From Bugula neritina (lineage: Eukaryota > Animalia > Bryozoa), in NCBI GenBank assembly GCA_964035545.1, contig OZ037767.1, positions 29,094,628 through 29,158,627 on the forward strand: a DNA stretch of 64,000 nucleotides, written 5' to 3'. A program made the translations under genes and the position numbers. The notes beneath the pieces are model-generated. The model searched no databases. It was not told the DNA's origin and worked only from the letters and a program-made list of their open reading frames with translations. This document shows, piece by piece, positions 57,306 through 64,000 of the stretch. Each line of letters starts with the position of its first letter. The stretch's first letter is position 1.

Positions 57306-57463
57306 GTGATTAGTTACTAGTGATTAGTTACTAGTGATTAGTTACTAGTAGTTAGTTACAAGTGGTTAGTTACAAGTGATTAGCTACTAGTGATTAGTGA
57401 CTAGTGATAAGCTACTAGTAATTAGTTACTAGTGATTAGTAACTAGTGATTAGTTACTAGTTA
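57306..57463. repeat. 14-bp tandem repeat (GTGATTAGTTACTA)n, about 11 copies, overlapping the HPS1 stop codon
   Basis: Directly visible. Confidence 0.9.
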
Positions 57464-60400
57464 CGCAAAATGTCAGATCTCTTGTGCAGTTCATTTTCAA
57501 ACAACTGAATCCTCTGCTTGGATATCATCTCCTCTGAGATGACAGCAAAATGGACGGTGAGAAACTCGACACACTTGCACCCGGCACCGAGATCTATTCT
57601 CTTGAGAATCTGCTTGTAGAACTGACCTCTGAGATCACCTGCATTGAGCGAATCAACAGTAAACTGCTGTGTTAGACAGCCACTAGACAGAGATTATGTA
57701 CACATACATGTCAGCATATATACCTGCATTATATGCATGCAAGCAAACACACACAAATACATAGATTCACACACACGCCTAAACACCCACACACACAATA
57801 ATATAATAGTATAGTAATATAATATATATATCAATACAGTATATATTAAAAATATGCTAAATTTTTGTATGGCAATAATTAGGAGTTAGGAAAATTTCCT
57901 TAGTTCTTGGGAAAAACTGAGTAGAGATTTATATGTTTTTAACATGTTATGCACGTGTTTATTCGTCTACTTTAAATATGACATGCGACTAAAGTATATT
58001 AGTGTTAACAATGTTTGGAAGCATTTCTTGCTCGAGCATAAATAATATATATTTAAAAATATAATTTAGAGTTTTCTTAGAACAGAATTCAAATTAATAA
58101 GCCAAAAGAGTAAACACACTACTTACCAATAGCACTTCCATTTGAAGAGTCAAGGGCTGCTTTATTGAGCAGTTTAGGTAGGAATTTGTAATTCACTTCA
58201 TCATAGATGCACAGTTCAAAGGTAAATGTAAAATCTCCATCTTTAACAGATATTAGCGTGTAGCCATTTTCCACTTGTCTAAAAGAAGAACATTTCGTGC
58301 AGACTCTGGTAAGATGACTGAGACATAAGAAAGATGTTGATGGTGTTGAGGGGATGGTTTGGGTCAGACAAGGAAGTGAATTGGTAAACTCATGCAGCAG
58401 AGGGTGCAGAATTTATGTAGAGTGTAGAAAATGAACTTCAATACGTGTGTGATAAGTAGCTGTCTGATCAATTAGTCAAATATGAAACATGAGGGAGAGT
58501 AAAAGTAAGTTGTGTTATGCATAGTAAGAGTGACAGTGTCTGCTATCAGCTTATCAGCACCAGGAAACAAAAAATACATGATTCCATAGAAAAGCCTCTT
58601 AATTTAATACAAGAATAACATTACATCTCCTTACGCTTTTAAAGTAATGTTGCTTTGAAAGCATTACTGTACACAACAAAACAAAATTTTGTAAAAAGAG
58701 ATCAAAATCAGGTGAGACTTGTTTTGTGGTTCAGGACACAACTTACTTGTACATCCAGGGCAGGATGCGCCATAACCTGCTCTTCATGTCACGAATCACC
58801 TGGGCTTTGAGACTGTCATCTTCAGAGAGCTGATATATTGAAGGACTCTGCATGAAAATAAAGATACTCAGTAAAGTCAGTAAGTGACAAAGTTTAAGGT
58901 TACAGTAAGTATCAAAATTTGGGCATATACTTTCTCTTTAGATAAGAAGAGTCTCAACGAAAGGCTTCCTTGGTTTCAAGCATTACACAAGACCTTGTGA
59001 ATAAACATTCAACTGACAAACCTTCAGAAAGTTCTTACTCCGACATATGTATATGAAGTGCACAAGTCCCGGGTATTTTTCATTTTGAAAAGCGGATATC
59101 GGCATATTCAGGTTGGCTCTGACCAATAGAATTCCTTTGTAGGAGATGAGTCTGCTCCTGGCCTTCTTCTGTAGCTTCTTCATCCTACTCAAGGCATCTG
59201 ATGAAACCATAAACAAACATCTAACAATTTATCTGAAATGTAAACCCAGTAAACCCAGTAAACCCAGTAAACCCAGTAAACCGAACTTTTTGTAAAATAA
59301 TTGAACCAATAGATTTCACCTGCCAAATCATGATGACAGTATGTTGCAACACACACAGTATACTTTTTTTGAAATGCCATCTTTATATTTTATTTTTAAA
59401 ACTAACTGAAGAAAATGTTTACAACATATTGTTGTTTGAAGGTATGGAGCTAGATGTAAACTAGATACCAATTTATAATCTACAAGACTTTATCTTTGGA
59501 AACACAATACATTCACCAGTATCTGTATTAAAAGAGCCAAACACGAACCTTCAGCTAGGGGACTCAGTCTCATATACAGATGAGTGAACAACTCCTTCAA
59601 CACACCAGCAACCAGTAGAACTGAATCTTCCAACTCATCTAACCGCTCAGCCATATCCTCGTCCTCATTGGTCAGTTTACTCATGTAGTAAGACTTAACT
59701 TCAGCTTGGCATTTCTTCCATAAGCCAAACATCTTTTCGCATCTAGAAAATTAGTTTAAACTAACTTTATTTGAGGTAAATAAACTTAACTTACTAGTCT
59801 ATCTTTAAAGTAACAGTTTTTACTACTAAATGTGAGGTGACAAAGTATTTTGCTGTAATATATTAACTGGAAAGGAGTATATTTAATACACATACCAGAC
59901 TTAGAAATCACGCACGAGCACACACACACATGATGAAATTTGACACAATATGAAGCAGTGGAATAGCTAAAATATAGATTTACACATTTACACAACTTTA
60001 AAATTACTAAAACACCCTTAGTAAATCTCATCGTTGTTTACACTTATCACAAATAGAATCGACACACTCACACGACACCATACTCACTTCTCTTTATGTC
60101 GGCCATCTTTGAATCTACTGTTGACCAACTCAGCCACATCCTTCAGTTTATCAGAGATTTTATCCATAAACCTGTCCAAGGACCGAGTCTCGCTTGGCTG
60201 CTTGGGTTTCAGCAATGTACTCAACAGACTTAAGGCATCCACAATCTTATGGGGCTTTTGTGGGTCAGTAATCTAGAAAATAGGTCAGATGTCAAAGGTC
60301 ATACGTATGTTGACTATCACATTGTTTAATAAATATCTAGATATTTTGTCATAACTACAACAGACAAGGTGACATCCTTTATTCCATATAATGAGTATAT

Positions 60401-63400
60401 TGACAGAGTTAACTAAATTAGGTTTAAATCACCACAAATTGTTGATAAATTACGTTATTCAGAAAATGAGCAATCCTTTTCAAAGCTTGAAATAGCGATA
60501 AAATCCAACAATTGTAATTATATACCATTTAATGACGTGGTCGAGAACAAGCAAGAAGGAAGGGTAAAAGAGTAAAGGAGATAAAGGGAGGGGGTAGAGG
60601 GGTAAAAGGGGGTAGAGAAGGACGAAGAAGGTAAAGTGAGTAAAAGGGTGAGGTAGATAACTTTAAACTTACTGCCTGCAAGCAACATTAAAAAGAGGAA
60701 GTGACAGAAGCTAAACTTACTTCCGCAGCCACTATGATGTTGATGCCGGGAGATACTGCAGTGATATATAGGCATGCAGGTACAAACTTGCACACAGGTG
60801 ATCTAAGGAAAACTCTCTTGTGCACAAATGTTCCTGTAACAAGTAACTTTTCAATGCAAATCTATTATAAGCTGACAGAGATCATAAATATGTAGAGTAA
60901 AAGCTCTGAAAATCTAATGAGCATTTCTTCTAAAAAAAAGATTACAAAAATATATTTTTTACTAAATAGGAAAAAAGATATAACATGATTTGCTGCAACA
61001 GGAAACACGTAATGATCAACTGAGGTGAAACCAACAACCACTGGGTTTATCAAAACTAAAACCTAAAATTAACCAACATCTACTAGCCATAACTGCAGGC
61101 ACCCTTTGGCCTTAGCATCTGCAATAGATTAAATTATCCAAGTTTCTACTTAAACGTTTATTCAAACTATAATATTTTTGTGCTCATGTACAAAAACTAA
61201 TTCTAAATAAGTCAATACTTTTACAACACAGAATGAAGTTTAAACACTGAAAGGACATGACAAATAAAACTCAGCTAAAAATGATAATTATCGAGTGTTG
61301 GATATGATTCACGGCAAACCTTCACTGAAATGGGGGTTGTCTGCCTTCTCCTTCACCTTCTCCAAAAGGTGTGTAGTATTTAAAGAGCTGTCAGCGTATC
61401 TTTCAGGGAGGGCAGCAGTGTGGTAAGAAGCTTCTGATTCAATAGACGCTCGTCTTGGTAGCCTTTCAAGTGATTGTCTTGGCCTGTTTCAATTGACAAT
61501 TAAATCTAGTAAAAAACTTTATGAAAAAAATACAGCTGATATAAATGTCTATGCAAAAACAATGCCACAACTTGACTGCCTTCAACACTACAAGAAATAT
61601 TTTCTGCAAAACTTACTTTGAAAATTCAATAGCTAATACTGATTGACATAAGCTAGACTAGTAGAAAGTAATATAGGTGTTTAATTTACTGCGTTATGAG
61701 TGAACTTTGAGCATCTCCGTCTGCTAGATTTGTGTCTGCGAAAGAACGTCTCCCCCGATCTGACATATTCTGTTGCTGGTAACATAACAAAACCAAACTG
61801 TTACCATATTAACAATTAAGCAAACTTGTTGAAAAAAAAATTGCTTATTAAAAGCTAATCAAAACCATAAACCAACAAAAGTATGCCATTGTACCAAATG
61901 TACCAAATTTCCATCACTACTTGCAATAAATAAGTTGAACGCTTTAAGGTGACAAAAACTATAGACAAAACAAAACACAATTCTTAGATTAGCACAGGAC
62001 AAAGTTAGTTTTTATAGCAATGATTATTTAAGTTACAAAATTAATCAAAATCACTAATAGATTACCTGAAAAGTAAATAATATTGTAACGAGTTTTTATT
62101 TAACAAGATTATGATGGCCCATGTGAACATCTCTGTCACAACAACTTTTTTAAATTGAAGAAATAAATTTAAAAATTCGGCTGAGTATACACGTCCTATG
62201 AACTAAGACGGAGAATGAATAATCATTTTACTAGAAAATTATTATTCTGAACCAAAAGTATTTTGTGTGCTAGTATAGAATTCCACAACAATCAAGGTGC
62301 TGAGAACTTAAATGATAGAAATAAAATGAGATGTAATGAATCTGCATACCCGAATTCGGTAACCAGATTCATTAAAACTGGATGCTCTGATTGGACGCTT
62401 AACTGACTCCGAATGGAAAGCTTCTTTTTCTCTTTTCAGTGACTTGGATTTGCCAACGGATAAGTTAAGAGATCTGGTCGAGGCGGGTGACCCCATTACT
62501 GACCCGGCACTGTTGTGCCGTAAACGCCCGCCAAGGTCACTAGAAGGTGAAACATTGGGCGAGTTTGGAGAAAAACTGTGATTCTTTATTTTTCTCAAAG
62601 ACTGTTTAATAGAGATTGGTTCAGTGGTGCTTGAGCTAACAATACCAGGGATAGAGTTTCGGTGGCGAATGCTCACGTCAGGCACCATGAGTTCCTGATT
62701 TTCCAACATAGAATTGAAGTTAACAGCATCCAGTGACGGTGTCGGTGTCACTTCATTAGCAGCGGCCTGAGTTGTGGGTATTTCTATTGGCGCTGTTTCA
62801 TTAGAGTCTGTAACAGTGGCAGAAGTTAATTGATTTACCATAAGTGACTGCACATTGTCCTCAGAGCAAGTTCGAGCAACGACAGTGTCTAAAGAAGAGG
62901 GAGGTGTACTTTCGTCTGCAGATTCAAGTTCAATAGTGAATTTCCTGTTGATATTCATTGGCGGGGTCTCTGGTACAGAAGCAGACGTTGACTCATCTAC
63001 AGATGGTGACTCATCAACAGCTGTTCCACACTCTGGTACTTCAGAGAGCTGTGTGCACTCATCTGGTGAATCATTAAGAAGTGCTCCACTTGAGCCATCT
63101 GCTTCCTCTTTAGTCAAGAACTGAGGTTCATTTTCACTTATTTTATCAACAAGCGACTCCAAATCTTTTGCACTGACTGATGGAGTTTGAATATTGCAAT
63201 CGTCTGATGAACTACAAACCGTGAGAGAGTTGTCATCACTTTCCACATCATCTTTTGAAGTGTTGGCATCAGAAACATCCGTTTTGTTCGTGAAGATTTC
63301 ACGAAAGTCTGAAGTATTACATAATTTCTCCCGACAAGAAGAGCTTTCAGCTGTTTGTTGTGTGTCACTGGTTTCCACATTTACATCATCACTGCCTTCA

Positions 63401-63449
63401 TGTTTTATAAGTAACTGCAAATCCTTTCCTCCTAATGCAAAGTGGACTC
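57457..63449 (-). CDS. HPS1: BLOC-3 subunit HPS1-like (3' part; 5' exons not located and probably beyond the window)
   Basis: YPGLVHFIYICR, NGYTLISVKDGDFTF, GQFYKQIL..KCVEFLTVH and KRVFL...VPACLY...PGINII match HPS1 motifs as I recall them. Large exon 63449-62350 begins FALGGKDLQLLI and is then low-complexity. Confidence 0.75.
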
Positions 63450-64000
63450 CTAGATTAGTGAAGGTAGAAACAAACCAAAGATTAGATTACATAATCACCA
63501 TTCAATATTTAGATAAGATAAGGCCACCAGGTGTATGTACTGTGTACTAGACTGTAACAAAAGTCCATAGAAAAGGTGTGCAAAAAGAGATATATAATTT
63601 GATACAAGTTGGCAAAAACCAAACCTAGAATGCAAAGATATTTTTTTTACCGATATAAACATCAAAAGTCAAGTTAAAATGAGCTAGAATTGATGGAAAA
63701 TAATCCTTGTACAATTCTACCTATTCATATTGAAGATAAATTGTTAAATTACAGTTGAATTGGTATTTCAACCAGGTTTACTAACAACATTTTTGGGACA
63801 GTAGAAGCGACATGTGCATATTCCAGTTAAAGATGAACAAGAATTTTGCTACAATGTACTCGGTTAAATTATCAAGGGTTGCATTGTACACAATGTTTCA
63901 TAAGATACATACAATATTATGCAAGTATTAGATATAGAGATAGTGAGTTATCATTGGTTAATGGATCAGACAATGCCATCACCTTTATCTGCAGAGGTAT

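Noticed and set aside
62308-63420. Independent 370-aa gene
   Set aside because: Non-ATG start, bounded by splice sites, and positioned between HPS1 motifs; better explained as an internal exon.
63775-63875. Possible plus-strand exon near the window end
   Set aside because: The frames I read contain stops and show no recognisable motif.

Overview
AT-rich animal (invertebrate) genomic DNA with compact, intron-containing genes. 1-23.4 kb: a minus-strand tandem array (unit about 5.7 kb) of four EXD1/Egalitarian-like DEDDy 3'-5' exonuclease genes. Their internal exons are all frame-symmetric, and an exon missed by the ORF track encodes a C-terminal CxxC-x10-CxxC zinc-finger-like module. One copy has lost the ExoII exon. 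The array is mosaic and contains MITEs and inverted pentamer satellites. 25.4-33.9 kb: a plus-strand SUEL/Gal-lectin type I membrane receptor gene whose lectin exon is split by a young Gmr1-type Ty3/Gypsy element (26564-30990; apparently identical 565-bp LTRs, CCTCA TSD, tRNA-Pro-like PBS, PPT). The element has an intact gag-protease-integrase ORF but no RT, and only an out-of-frame RNase H tail. 36-64 kb: Syncrip/hnRNP Q-R, Rab39, LSm2 head-to-head with PSMB1, a spondin-2-like gene, and the 3' part of HPS1 with a long disordered insert. All gene models were spliced by eye and no database searches were run.
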